Assembly: GCA_964610505.1 (NCBI GenBank)
Contig: CAZSXU010000024.1
Location: 91 to 64,090, forward strand
Origin: an uncultured bacterium
GTDB lineage: Bacteria > Arandabacterota > Arandabacteria > JAGLYR01
Direction of reading: 5' to 3'
DNA: 64,000 bases
Under the pieces are notes generated by a model. That model searched no databases. It was not told the DNA's origin and saw only the letters and a list, made by a program, of their open reading frames with translations. The translations under genes and the position numbers were made by a program. Positions 34,911 through 44,815 of the stretch are shown in pieces. Every line of letters starts with the position of its first letter. Positions within the stretch are counted from its first letter, which is position 1.

Positions 34911-35227
34911 TCTTCTACCTCATGGGCCAGGGTACCACAAGAATGGGGATCCCTCAGCATGTTTCCACAGGTTTCGTCTTTCTGGATGCGCCGGCGAAGA
35001 CCCGCGTGGATGAACTGCGTGTCACCTGGAGGGATGGAACGACATCGGGTGGAGTTTCTTCAGAAATAACAACTTCCAAGCGATCGGGCGCGCAAAAACC
35101 CGAAACCTGTTGATTCTTAAGGTCCAATGTGCTACCCTTGAAGCAGTGATCGATTGGGTTTTGCTCTTTAAGAACCTTCGAGACCGTTTCCGTAATTATC
35201 TGGTCGCTGCCAGAGAGGGAGGGATCC

Positions 35228-38200
35228 ATGCGCTGTGCTACGATTCTGTCCATCGTACTCGTCGGTCTGCTGTGTCTTGGGGTGGTGCCCGCCGCCGCCT
35301 CGGAGATGACTCACACAGTGATCTTCGACCCCGATCGGATGTCGATCGAAAGCCGAGAAGGGTTTGATGTGGTCCGGGTCGGGGAATGCCGGTTTGAACT
35401 GGTAGCCGGCAAGCCCATGATTCCGGTGCGAACGATCCACTTTTCCATCCCCGCCGGGATGGTCGCGACGGCCCTGGAGATTCGCTCCCTCGAGCAAATC
35501 GAGCTGGACGCCGACCTCTACCTCCACCCGTCTCAACCCCCCGTTCGTCTGAGCGACAAGACCACTCGCCAATTCATCGGCCCGGACCCGGTCGTCTATG
35601 AATCCGCGGAGCCGTATCCGGGAAGTGTGGCGAAGCTGATGACCAATGGGCACATGGGCGGTTACGCGGTGGTGGGCGTTCAGGTTTATCCCGTGGAGTA
35701 CCGGCCCGCCCAGCGAAAGGTCTATCTGAACCGGCGGATCGAGCTGGCTCTGATTCTGGGGCCGGCCGAGGAGCCGGCGGGAATCATCACCGGTCGTACG
35801 GAGGCGGGCGAAAGGGCCGTCATGGACCGGGTGCGCGCGCTGGTGGTCAATCCCGAACAGGTAGCCGAGCACATCGGTCCGAGGCCCAAGGGCGACCGGC
35901 AGAGCATCGTCGAGTACGCCATCATCACCGGCTCGAGCTACGTCGACGAGTTTCAGCCTCTAGCCGACTGGAAGACCAAGAAGGGCGTTCCTACGGAGAT
36001 TTTCACCACGGATTGGATCTACGCCAACTACACGGGTACGGATAACCAGGAAGAAATCCGGAACTTCATCAAGGACTACGAAGCCACCGAGGGGCTGGTC
36101 TACGTTCTCCTGGGTGGGGACGACGACGTCGTTCCGGCGAGAATCGCCTGGGACGATCTCGGCTACGACGGCATCCGGGCCGATCTCTACTACTCCGACA
36201 CCGATGGGAGCTGGAACTGGGACGGCGATGGGTACTGGGGCGAACATCCGGCCGATGACGTCGATATGTACGGCGATGTCTACGTAGGCCGGGCGCCGGT
36301 CAACACCTCTTCCGAGGCGACGAACTTCGTGGACCAGATTCTGATGTACGAAGCCTCGAGCGCCGGCGCGACCCTGCCGACGGATTTTCAGGAAGACATG
36401 CTGTTCATGGCCGAGATCCTCTGGGACGATCCCGATCCCTATACGAACGGCGGCATCGCCAAGGATATGATTGACACCGGCTACGTACCTTCGCGTTTTG
36501 ACCCGATCACCAAGCTCTACGAAGCCGACGGCAACCTGAACTACACCTCGGCGATGAATGCCATGAACGACGGGCCCGGAATCACGAACCACTGCGGGCA
36601 CTGCAACTACAACGTGATGAGCATCGGGCCGAGCGCGCTCTACAACAGCGACATGGACGCCCTCACCAACGGTTCGCGCCAGGGCATTTACTACACGATC
36701 GGGTGCTGGGCGGCCGCCTTCGACTACGACAATATCGCCGAGCACTACGTCAACAACACGGGCGGTGGCGGAGTCGCCTTCGTCGGCAACAGTCGCTACG
36801 GCTGGGGGTGCCCGGGATATCCGGGTGAGTGCGTATCGGATCTCTACGATCAGGAGTTCTTCCGGGCCCTGTTCACGGACGATCTCTACAACCTCGGCAT
36901 CACGCACGCCGATGCGAGGGATTACTACGTGCCGGATTCCCAGTCCGATGCCTACATGCGGTACGGACTCTACGAGCTGAACGTGCTCGGGTGTCCCGAG
37001 ATGCCCATCTGGACTCGGACGCCGCAAACGCTGGCCGTGAGTCATCCGTCGACCCTGCCGATGGGATCGTCCTACTTCACCGTCCAGGTGAACACGGCGA
37101 AGGCCGCCATCGTGGGCGCGACCGTGTGTCTCATGAAGGACGATGAGGTCTACGAAGTCGATGTTACGGACGGAAGCGGGCAGGTCACATTCGAACCGAC
37201 ACCCGCCACCGGCGGCACCATGACGGTGACGGTTACCATGCATGACTACCTGCCGTACGAGGGCGAGGCGACGGTCGAGGTTGGAACGCCTCCCTCGGCA
37301 CCGACCGGCCTTGCGGCGGTCGGCGGCGACGGTCAGGTGACGCTCTCGTGGAATACAAACCCGGAGCCCGACATCGACTACTACATCATCTACCGTGCGA
37401 CCACACCGGCCCCGGCCGGATCACTCACCACGGTGATGTCCCCCGGGTATCTCGACACCGACGTGGTGAACGATACGACCTACCACTACCGTTTGAGGGC
37501 GGTTGATACCGAGGGGGATAAGAGCGGCTACTCCAACGAAGCGAACGCAACTCCGCAGAAACCGCCCGTGATCTTCATCACACACACACCGCTTACGGAC
37601 ACGGATGATTCCAACAACCCGTATCCGGTTGTGGCCACGATCACGGCGACCGAAACGTCCCTGGACCCGGACTCCCTCCTCGTGATGTACGAAACGCAGA
37701 CGCGAGTCTGGGAATCCGTCGTCATGACCGGCACGGGCACCCCCGACGAGTACCGGGGCGATATCCCGGCTCAGCCGTGCGGGACGCTGGTCGACTACTA
37801 CATCCTGGCGGTGGACATGAACAGCAACCGCGAGACCCATCCGGACCTGGCGCCGGCAAGCACGCATTCCTTTGCCGTCAACTTCACGGTGGTCTTCGAA
37901 GATGATTTCGAGACCGATAAGGGGTGGACGGTGGGAGATGCGGGCGACGACGCGACGACCGGAATCTGGGACCGCTGCGACCCTGAGTGGACCGAGGCCC
38001 AACCCGAGGACGATCACACGCCCGATTCCGGTGTGCGGGCCTACATCACGGATTGCGACGCGGGAACGAGCCAGGGGTCCTACGACGTGGACGGCGGCAA
38101 GACCACTGTGTTGTCGCCGGTGTTCGATCTCTTGGACTATGCCAGTGCGTCGGTCCGGTACTACCGGTGGTACTCCAATGACACGGGCTCGGAGCCCGGC

Positions 38201-39670
38201 ACCGACTACTGGGTGGTTCAGGTCTCGGATGACGGTTGGACCACGTGGGCCACGCTGGAGAACACCAACGTGACGAACCGCAGTTGGCTCATGATGCAGT
38301 TTGACGTCGGCGGCTACGTGGATCTGACGGGCACCGTTCAGTTCCGCTTCATCGCCAGCGATGAAGATCCGGGATCGCTTGTGGAAGCGGGCGTGGACGA
38401 CTTCCTGTTGATGGGGTGTCCAGATCTCACCGATGTGGAACCCCCGACGGTGACCGTCGTGGATCCCAACGGCGGGGAGGCGCTGACGGGCGGCCAACCG
38501 TACGATATCGAGTGGACGTCATCGGACAACGTCGGTGTCGTCTCGACGACCATCCTTCTCTCGACCGACGGCGGCGGGTCGTATCCGACGATGGTTGCCT
38601 CGGGATCCCTGACGTCCCCCTACAGCTGGGACGTTCCGAACGAGGACCAGGCGAGCTGCCGGATCAAGGTAACGTGCGTGGATGCGGCGACGAACGAGGG
38701 AAGCGATGAGTCGGATGCGAATTTCGCCATCGTCTGGCAGGATTACGAGGCCCCCACCGTGACCGTCGTGGATCCCAACGGCGGCGAGGCGATTCAGGGT
38801 GGAGATCCGTACGACATCGAATGGACATCCTCGGACAACGTCGGTGTCGTCACGACCACGATTCTTCTCTCCACAAACGGTGGATCCACGTATCCGACGA
38901 CCATCGCGAGCGGCTCGCTTGCATCACCATATACCTGGGACGTGCCGGATGTGGATGAGCCGTCCTGCCGAATCCGCGTGGTGTGCGAGGACGCCGCAGC
39001 GAATCCGGGCAGCGACGATTCGGACGCGGATTTCTCCATCCTTCCCATCGATCACGAGCCTCCGACGGTGACCGTCCTCGATCCCAACGGGGGCGAGGAG
39101 ATCTTCGGCGCTGGTCCCTATACGATTCGCTGGACGTCGGATGACAACGTCGGCGTCACGCTGACGGCCGTTTTGCTCTCGGTGGACGGCGGTCTCACGT
39201 TCCCCGACACGCTTACCGCCGGGGGGCTGGACTCCGCTTGGGTGTGGGACGTACCGGATGTGGACGAGACGAGCTGCAGGGTCAAAGTCCTCTGCTGGGA
39301 CGCGGAATCGAACGAGGGGAGCGATGCATCGGACGGCGGTTTCACGGTGATCAGTACGGTGACGGCGGTGGCCATGCTGGAAGCGGCTCCGGCGGAACTG
39401 GTGCTTCGCCAGAACCGGCCGAATCCGTTCAACCCGGTGACGGAGATCGAGTTCGGTCTTCCCGAGACCGGGTCGGCACTTCTCGAGGTCTACAACGTGA
39501 ACGGTCGATTGATTACGACACTGGCGGATGGTGTGTTCAACGCCGGCTACCACCGAGTGGTCTGGAGAGGCACGGATGCATTCGGCGCCGAGGTCTCGAG
39601 CGGGATGTATTTCTACCGGCTCGTGACGGAAGAGAAGGTGTTGACGAAGAAGATGTTGATGCTCAAGTAG
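35228..39670 (+). CDS. Giant secreted multidomain peptidase: C25 (gingipain-like) catalytic domain, FN3/Ig-like domains, shared jelly-roll domain, 3 x ~102-aa Ig-like repeats, Por_Secre_tail/FlgD-Ig-like sorting domain
   Basis: Signal MRCATILSIVLVGLLCLGVVPAAAS. C25 blocks are VYVLLGGDDDVVPARIAWDD...DLYYSDTDGSWN...GDVYVGRAPVNTSSEATNFVDQILMYE, ITNHCGHCNYNV (His) and YYTIGCWAAAFDYD (Cys). VVFEDDFETDKGWTVGDAGDDATTGIWDRCDPEWTEAQPEDDHTPD... is shared with the M28 protein. Three TVTV(V/L)DPNGGE...IEWTSSDNVGVV...C(R)I(K/R)V repeats follow. The C-terminus is RQNRPNPFNPVTEIEFGLPETGSALLEVYNVNGRLITTL...GMYFYRL...KKMLMLK. Confidence 0.9.
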   Translation: MRCATILSIVLVGLLCLGVVPAAASEMTHTVIFDPDRMSIESREGFDVVRVGECRFELVAGKPMIPVRTIHFSIPAGMVATALEIRSLEQIELDADLYLHPSQPPVRLSDKTTRQFIGPDPVVYESAEPYPGSVAKLMTNGHMGGYAVVGVQVYPVEYRPAQRKVYLNRRIELALILGPAEEPAGIITGRTEAGERAVMDRVRALVVNPEQVAEHIGPRPKGDRQSIVEYAIITGSSYVDEFQPLADWKTKKGVPTEIFTTDWIYANYTGTDNQEEIRNFIKDYEATEGLVYVLLGGDDDVVPARIAWDDLGYDGIRADLYYSDTDGSWNWDGDGYWGEHPADDVDMYGDVYVGRAPVNTSSEATNFVDQILMYEASSAGATLPTDFQEDMLFMAEILWDDPDPYTNGGIAKDMIDTGYVPSRFDPITKLYEADGNLNYTSAMNAMNDGPGITNHCGHCNYNVMSIGPSALYNSDMDALTNGSRQGIYYTIGCWAAAFDYDNIAEHYVNNTGGGGVAFVGNSRYGWGCPGYPGECVSDLYDQEFFRALFTDDLYNLGITHADARDYYVPDSQSDAYMRYGLYELNVLGCPEMPIWTRTPQTLAVSHPSTLPMGSSYFTVQVNTAKAAIVGATVCLMKDDEVYEVDVTDGSGQVTFEPTPATGGTMTVTVTMHDYLPYEGEATVEVGTPPSAPTGLAAVGGDGQVTLSWNTNPEPDIDYYIIYRATTPAPAGSLTTVMSPGYLDTDVVNDTTYHYRLRAVDTEGDKSGYSNEANATPQKPPVIFITHTPLTDTDDSNNPYPVVATITATETSLDPDSLLVMYETQTRVWESVVMTGTGTPDEYRGDIPAQPCGTLVDYYILAVDMNSNRETHPDLAPASTHSFAVNFTVVFEDDFETDKGWTVGDAGDDATTGIWDRCDPEWTEAQPEDDHTPDSGVRAYITDCDAGTSQGSYDVDGGKTTVLSPVFDLLDYASASVRYYRWYSNDTGSEPGTDYWVVQVSDDGWTTWATLENTNVTNRSWLMMQFDVGGYVDLTGTVQFRFIASDEDPGSLVEAGVDDFLLMGCPDLTDVEPPTVTVVDPNGGEALTGGQPYDIEWTSSDNVGVVSTTILLSTDGGGSYPTMVASGSLTSPYSWDVPNEDQASCRIKVTCVDAATNEGSDESDANFAIVWQDYEAPTVTVVDPNGGEAIQGGDPYDIEWTSSDNVGVVTTTILLSTNGGSTYPTTIASGSLASPYTWDVPDVDEPSCRIRVVCEDAAANPGSDDSDADFSILPIDHEPPTVTVLDPNGGEEIFGAGPYTIRWTSDDNVGVTLTAVLLSVDGGLTFPDTLTAGGLDSAWVWDVPDVDETSCRVKVLCWDAESNEGSDASDGGFTVISTVTAVAMLEAAPAELVLRQNRPNPFNPVTEIEFGLPETGSALLEVYNVNGRLITTLADGVFNAGYHRVVWRGTDAFGAEVSSGMYFYRLVTEEKVLTKKMLMLK
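38441..39362 (+). repeat. Intragenic tandem repeats, 3 x ~306 bp (~80% nt identity), encoding the three Ig-like modules of the giant C25 protein
   Basis: Repeat starts are at ~38444, ~38753 and ~39059. The opening of each unit (gaccgtcgtggatcccaacggcgg...) is nearly identical. Confidence 0.7.
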
Positions 39671-39700
39671 GCTGCGGAAGGGCGAGAAGTCTAAACCCTC

Positions 39701-39836
39701 GGCCACAGATTACACAGATAGGTTCGGGGCGATGCGATACGCATCGCCCCGAAAGTCTTTCCCCTTGTATTCTTGTGGTCCCCGTGGTGGAGGCTCTTGG
39801 TTTTTCAAATCTGCGAAGATCTGTGAAATCTGTGGC
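39701..39836. repeat. REP/MITE-like intergenic element, second full copy: GGCCACAGATTACACAGATAGG ... CGGGGCGATGCG-atac-GCATCGCCCCG hairpin ... ATCTGTGAAATCTGTGGC
   Basis: Read directly between convergent genes (giant peptidase + / hypothetical -). The hairpin stem is the same as in the 19456-19560 copy. Confidence 0.6.
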
Positions 39837-40891
39837 TAGCCCGGGTTATTCACCGACAATCCCAGGACACCCACGGCGGAGTTGCCCTCGAATACAATGG
39901 GAATCAGGAATAGGCCTTTTTGCGGCACGAGGATCGTCCGACAGACGAGAGTGCTCACGGGATGGGAAACAGCGAGGTTCTTGAGAAGGCCGATGCCGTC
40001 ATCTGCATTTCCCTCTTGGGCGGCCAACGCACTCTGAACCGGGGCCGGGTCGGGCGTGTCGCCACCCGATCGCAGGACCTCAACCGAGGCCCGGTACCGG
40101 GTCAGGAACTCCTCATACGGCTCCCTCCCACCGGAGAGGGAGATCGCCAACTCCCGAACGAAAGCCTTGCGGGTGGGGCTCCGGGTCAGCGAGCCTCGAA
40201 CGGATTCGGAAACCTCACGATCGGCCAGAAGATAGTCGATGCATATACCCACGGCTTCGTCGTCGCGCCCCGTAACAAGAGCCTTGTAGAACTTCTCTCT
40301 CCTCTCCAGATGCTTGAAGTGGAAATCGATGGCCTGCTTCTGAAAGAGAGGCTCGAGCGGATTCTTCAGCCGAAGGGCGAGGATGAACGTTCGTGCAGCG
40401 GAGTTCAGGGTGGAGGACAGGGTGGTTTCGGTCGCGTCCCCTGAGGAATCCGGCACGGTCGTCGATTTCAGCGTCCGAAGACCGGACGCGACCAGGTCTC
40501 CGACGCGCTGGTTCCGCGTACCCAGGTACTCCAGGGCGTCCGCAGCCGAAGCGTAGGAACCCTTCGATATCGCGCGCTCGGCCAATTCTTCCACGAGGTC
40601 CCGGGGAGGATCAAAAGGTGCGGACAGAATCCGGTCGCCGTACCGGTCGCGAATGTCCCGAGCCGTTTCCTCGTACGCCGTTCGCTCGGCTTCGTCCACG
40701 GCTTCGGGATCCAGGAGCGTCCGCGGCAGCTCGCGGTCGATCAGACTCTGGACTCCCCGGTCCATGGCCAGGCGCAGCTTGGATTTCGGATGGATCAAGT
40801 CTCTGACCGCCAGAAAATCGGCGGCGAAGACCGCCCCGGCGAGGATTTGAATCGCCATTTCCCCTGCTGCTTCGGCGCCTGTGGTTCGCAT
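39836..40891 (-). CDS. Hypothetical protein (no recognisable family)
   Basis: The ORF is long and has coding-like composition. The preferred start is ATG 40891 (MRTTGAEAAGEMAIQIL...), which puts it directly downstream of the small HMA-like ORF. The track ORF extends to 41002. Confidence 0.55.
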   Translation of the reverse strand: MRTTGAEAAGEMAIQILAGAVFAADFLAVRDLIHPKSKLRLAMDRGVQSLIDRELPRTLLDPEAVDEAERTAYEETARDIRDRYGDRILSAPFDPPRDLVEELAERAISKGSYASAADALEYLGTRNQRVGDLVASGLRTLKSTTVPDSSGDATETTLSSTLNSAARTFILALRLKNPLEPLFQKQAIDFHFKHLERREKFYKALVTGRDDEAVGICIDYLLADREVSESVRGSLTRSPTRKAFVRELAISLSGGREPYEEFLTRYRASVEVLRSGGDTPDPAPVQSALAAQEGNADDGIGLLKNLAVSHPVSTLVCRTILVPQKGLFLIPIVFEGNSAVGVLGLSVNNPG

Positions 40892-40971
40892 GCTCACGTC
40901 CGGTTCTCCGTCGATCTCGAAGGCTCCCGCATTCTCCTTGGAGAATGCGACGGAGCCGTTTGCGATCCACC

Positions 40972-41226
40972 TCAAGTGTCGACGACACGGGGTATGAAAC
41001 ATCCGTTCTGGCCCGTCGGCAGTTTGGAGATGACTTCCAGAAGATCTTGTCGAGAGATCTTCTCGGGGTCATGCTCGACCTCGATTCGGTTGTCGAGGTG
41101 CTGGGAGAAGCGCGTCACACCGTCCAGAGATTCCACCGTGTCCTTGATCTCCTGAACGCAAACTCCGCACTGAAAACCGCAGCCCGGAGGTATTTCACCG
41201 CAATCGAGATCTACGATCGTCCTCAT
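40972..41226 (-). CDS. Small heavy-metal-associated (HMA)-fold-like protein with atypical Cys-rich loop (DCGEIPPGCGFQCGVC)
   Basis: MRTIVDLDCGEIPPGCGFQCGVCVQEIKDTVESLDGVTRFSQHLDNRIEVEHDPEKISRQDLLEVISKL follows the HMA beta-alpha-beta-beta-alpha-beta pattern (compare ...CxxC...IEKALxxLPGVxxVxVNLxxxKAxVxYDPxKVSxxDLxxAI), but with an expanded cysteine loop. ATG is at 41226. The track ORF (to 41415) has an unsupported N-terminal extension. Confidence 0.5.
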   Translation of the reverse strand: MRTIVDLDCGEIPPGCGFQCGVCVQEIKDTVESLDGVTRFSQHLDNRIEVEHDPEKISRQDLLEVISKLPTGQNGCFIPRVVDT

Positions 41227-41499
41227 CACGCGCCGCCTTCCCCGGCCGGGTTCCCGACCGCCACCGCACCATGGTAGCGCAAACGCGAAGGAAAGCAAGG
41301 TGGAATCGGCAAGGCCCGATGAGCTCCCGAGGCGCGGATTGCACAGATCCTGAATCCAGATTCTTTTCCTCTGTATCCCCCGGAGCGAAATCTTTTTTTG
41401 GCTTGTTTTCCTCACGGGCTCCGCTACCTTCGTGGTTCAGACGCGGTTCCAGCCGAGTGCCGGATGCAGGAACAGGCCCTCGACTCTTGGAGAGTCTCG

Positions 41500-42246
41500 A
41501 TGCATTGGAAAACGAACTGGTGGAAGAGTTTTTTCTCAGACGCCTGGCTGGAGGTCCAGCGGGAAACCTGGACGCCCGAGGAGACGAAGCGGGAGGCGGA
41601 TTTCATTCAGCACGTTCTGGGTTTCTCGGCCCCCGCTGAGATTCTGGACGTTCCCTGCGGCGAGGGACGGCACGCCGCCGAGATGGCCTCGCGCGGGTAC
41701 CGAGTGACGGGAGCCGACATCACGCTTCCGCTCCTGGAGGATGCGCGGCGGCGGGGGGCGGAACGGGGTGTACCTCTGAACCTCGAGCTGGCGGACATGC
41801 GGGACCTTCCCTGGGAGAATCGTTTTGACGGCGCGTTCTCCTTTTGGGGCAGCCTGGGCTACTTCGACGAAGAGGGAAACACGGCCTTCCTCCACAGCCT
41901 CGCGCGAGCCCTCAAGCCCGGAGGGCGATGGGTGCTGGACACCCACATCGCGGAAACCATTCTGCCGCGGTTCGAGGATCGGGCGTGGCGATACGCGGGA
42001 AAGACCCTGGTCCTTGAGGAGCGATCGTACGACCATCAGACCAGCCGCATCGAGGTCGAGTGGACTTTCGTGAAGGAAGGACGGACGGAGACAGCCTCGA
42101 GTTCCATGCGGATCTACACGTATCAGGAACTCTGTCTGCTCCTGGAAGAGGTAGGACTGGAGAGCTTGGACGCCTACGGATCTCTGGATCGAGAGTCCTT
42201 TGCCGTCGGGGCCGAGAGGTTGCTGCTCCTGGCTACCCGGCGATGA
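41500..42246 (+). CDS. Class I SAM-dependent methyltransferase
   Basis: Motif I ILDVPCGEGRHAAEMASRGYRVTGADI, post-I LELADMRDLP, and motif II/III GAFSFWGSLGYF...LKPGGRWVLD. ATG 41500 has a GGAGAG SD. The track ORF starts at 41398. Confidence 0.8.
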   Translation: MHWKTNWWKSFFSDAWLEVQRETWTPEETKREADFIQHVLGFSAPAEILDVPCGEGRHAAEMASRGYRVTGADITLPLLEDARRRGAERGVPLNLELADMRDLPWENRFDGAFSFWGSLGYFDEEGNTAFLHSLARALKPGGRWVLDTHIAETILPRFEDRAWRYAGKTLVLEERSYDHQTSRIEVEWTFVKEGRTETASSSMRIYTYQELCLLLEEVGLESLDAYGSLDRESFAVGAERLLLLATRR

Positions 42247-42614
42247 GATCGAACTCGGAATCGGCCGAACGGTTCCGCCCCGCCTCTTCGGCGATCCTGT
42301 GCCGAAAGTTCCTCACGTCACTCCTCGACGGACACCCACCGATCTCTAGAATGTGAATCGGTTTTGAACGGGCAGCGCAGAATGGGCATCCCCGTTTCGT
42401 CGGACGCCGGTACAATCCGGTCCCACTCTGCCCGTTCCCGGCTTAAGATTGAAGTGGAAAAGCCGATACAACATAGGGAAGACAGTCTCGATCTCATCAA
42501 CGGTTTCCACCTCCCGACTCAGCCGGAATGTCCCGTGGTGACTCCGGTGGGGAGCATCCCGGCAATGGGAAGTTTCCGGCGGGCGTGAGGCGGATCGAGC
42601 TCCGAGGATCGCGT

Positions 42615-44198
42615 ATGGGAAGCGGAGGAGTACCCCAGGATGGCGACGGTGTCATTCGCGCTCTCTTGATTGAGAGTGACCGGTCACATGCCGAGATTCT
42701 CCGCCTGCGGATGAGTGAGCTCCCGGCGGGTCCCGCCCGGTCTCCGCTTCACATTGAGTGGGAGGGGAGTCTGTCCAAGGGACTCCGGCGGATTGCCGAG
42801 GGCGGTGTAGACGTGCTCCTGCTTGATTTGATGCTCGAAGATTCGCAGGGGCTGGCGACGTTTACCGCCGTGCGTAGTGAGGCCCCTGGCCTGCCGGTGG
42901 TGATCCTCTCGACGGTGGAGGCCGAGTCCATGGCCGTCCTGGCCGTGCAGCGAGGGGCACAGGACTATCTTGTCAAGGACGGTCTGGACTCTAACGTAGT
43001 GGCGCGGGCGCTCCGCTATGCTGTGGAACGCCGGACGCTCCAGACGGAATCGGAGCAGCAGCGACGCCGGATGGGACGGATGCTTCGCGAGAGCGAGGAC
43101 CGCGGCCGGGGTCTCTTCGAGGGGGTCCCGATTGGACTCTACCGGAGCACGCCCGAGGGATTGATCCTCGACGCGAATCCCGCCCTTGCGGACATGCTGG
43201 GGTATCCCTACCGGGAGGCGCTGCTATCCGTGGATTCGGCCGATCTATACGTGAACGTCGAGGATCGCCGCAGGTGGCGGGAACAGATCGAGAGAGATGG
43301 AGTTCTGCGCCATTTCGCGATGAGGCTTCGCCGGAAAGACGGGGAGATCATCTGGGTCGAAGACACCGCTCGTACGGTGCGAGGCCGCGACGGGGGCGTC
43401 CTCTACTACGAGGGGGGCCTGGAAGACGTCTCCGATCGAGTTCACGCCGAGGAAGCCCTCAAGGCCAGCAGGGCCAGCTTCCACAGCATCGTCGAGGCGT
43501 CGACCGACGGCGTGGTGGTCATCGGCCGAAACGGCCTCGTTCGCTTTGCCAATACGGCGGCCGGAGATCTCCTCGGGCGGCCGGTCGAAGATCTCGTGGG
43601 CAAAGTGTTTGAATTCGCCATGGCCATCGGGGAGGGGGCGGAGATCGATCTGCCCTCCGAATCAGACGAGGCCCGGGTGGCCGATGTGCGGGTGACCGAG
43701 ACCGAGTGGGAGGGCGAGCCCGCTTACCTCGCTTCTCTTCGCGATATCACCGGTCGCAAGGCGGCCGAGGAAGCCCTGGCGAGAAGCGAAGAGCGCTTCC
43801 GCACGCTGGTCGAGACCATCCCCTACGGGGTGGAGGAGATTGATGCCTCGGGAATGCGTCTCTTCGCCAACCGAACGCTCCACCGGATGTACGAGTCTGA
43901 GGAGGGCGATCTCGTCGGCAAATCCATTCTGGATTTGGCGCCGACCGATTCGGACCGAGAACGGCTCCGGAAGCATCTGGAGCGATTGGTGAGAGAGCAA
44001 CCCCCTCCCACCACCTATGTGGGCAAGAAGGTGACTCGAACCGGGCGCGTGATCGACGTCGAGATGGCTTGGGAATACCGACGCGACCCCGACGGCCGGG
44101 TGATGGGATTCACCACGGTGATTGCGGATGTCACGGGTCGCAAGGAAAAGAGACCGGTGCTCACCTCGCCCACAGCGGATGCTCACCTCGTCCGGTAG
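42615..44198 (+). CDS. Response-regulator receiver domain protein with three PAS domains and no recognisable output domain
   Basis: REC (IRALLIESDRSHAEILRLRM...VDVLLLDLMLEDSQGLATF...VVILSTVEAESMAVLAVQRGAQDYLVKD) is followed by PAS-like segments (LFEGVPIGLYRSTPEGLILDANPALADMLGY...; FHSIVEASTDGVVVIGRNGLVRFANTAAGDLLG...; FRTLVETIPYGVEEIDASGMRLFANRTLHRMY...). Confidence 0.8.
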   Translation: MGSGGVPQDGDGVIRALLIESDRSHAEILRLRMSELPAGPARSPLHIEWEGSLSKGLRRIAEGGVDVLLLDLMLEDSQGLATFTAVRSEAPGLPVVILSTVEAESMAVLAVQRGAQDYLVKDGLDSNVVARALRYAVERRTLQTESEQQRRRMGRMLRESEDRGRGLFEGVPIGLYRSTPEGLILDANPALADMLGYPYREALLSVDSADLYVNVEDRRRWREQIERDGVLRHFAMRLRRKDGEIIWVEDTARTVRGRDGGVLYYEGGLEDVSDRVHAEEALKASRASFHSIVEASTDGVVVIGRNGLVRFANTAAGDLLGRPVEDLVGKVFEFAMAIGEGAEIDLPSESDEARVADVRVTETEWEGEPAYLASLRDITGRKAAEEALARSEERFRTLVETIPYGVEEIDASGMRLFANRTLHRMYESEEGDLVGKSILDLAPTDSDRERLRKHLERLVREQPPPTTYVGKKVTRTGRVIDVEMAWEYRRDPDGRVMGFTTVIADVTGRKEKRPVLTSPTADAHLVR

Positions 44199-44815
44199 GC
44201 TCCGGGCACCCCTCGCGTGAAGAGGTCCTTGAGAACCACGCGGTACGCCGGCTTGTAGGCGCCCCGGTAGTCATCCGAATGGTGAAGCGGCGGGTAGTCT
44301 CGGTCCCTGGCGAAAGCGTCGACGGCCTCGAAGTCTTCCATCGGAATGTCGATCTCCTCACGCTTGACCAGCTCGCGAAACGCGTTCCACCGCCCGAGAA
44401 AGAGCGCTGTATCCGCCTGCACGGTCGCAGCCGTCTCCATCATCACGGTGAGGAGTGCGTCCCGTGAGAGGTTCTGGGCCACGAACGGTCTCAGATTGAC
44501 GCGCACCATGCGGCCGCGAGGATCCAGAGGTTCGATGAGGGGCTCGTGCGCCTTTGGAGGGCCCAGGGTGAAGATCTCCCTCTCGAGAGCCGTTCGCGCG
44601 GACGCCTCGCCCTTGATTAGGTGGCCGATGCCGAATACCGACTGGGAGATGAGTTTATAATAATCCTCGGCGCGGGATTTCGGAAAACGCTGTTCATGTT
44701 GCAGAAGGAGCCTCTGAAACGCTTCCCGCTCAACCGAATCCAAAGCATCTTCCCCCTGTTCCGCACACGCGCAGAACAGCAGCGCCCCCAAGCAGATGAG
44801 AATCCCAGCCCGCAT
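44183..44815 (-). CDS. Hypothetical lipoprotein
   Basis: MRAGILICLGALLFCACAEQ lipobox. No family was recognised. Start is ATG 44815; the track ORF extends to 44917. Confidence 0.55.
   Translation of the reverse strand: MRAGILICLGALLFCACAEQGEDALDSVEREAFQRLLLQHEQRFPKSRAEDYYKLISQSVFGIGHLIKGEASARTALEREIFTLGPPKAHEPLIEPLDPRGRMVRVNLRPFVAQNLSRDALLTVMMETAATVQADTALFLGRWNAFRELVKREEIDIPMEDFEAVDAFARDRDYPPLHHSDDYRGAYKPAYRVVLKDLFTRGVPGAYRTR

Noticed and set aside
35168-38497. Minus ORFs 35168..35872, 35960..37243, 37421..38497
   Set aside because: They are antisense to the giant C25 peptidase.
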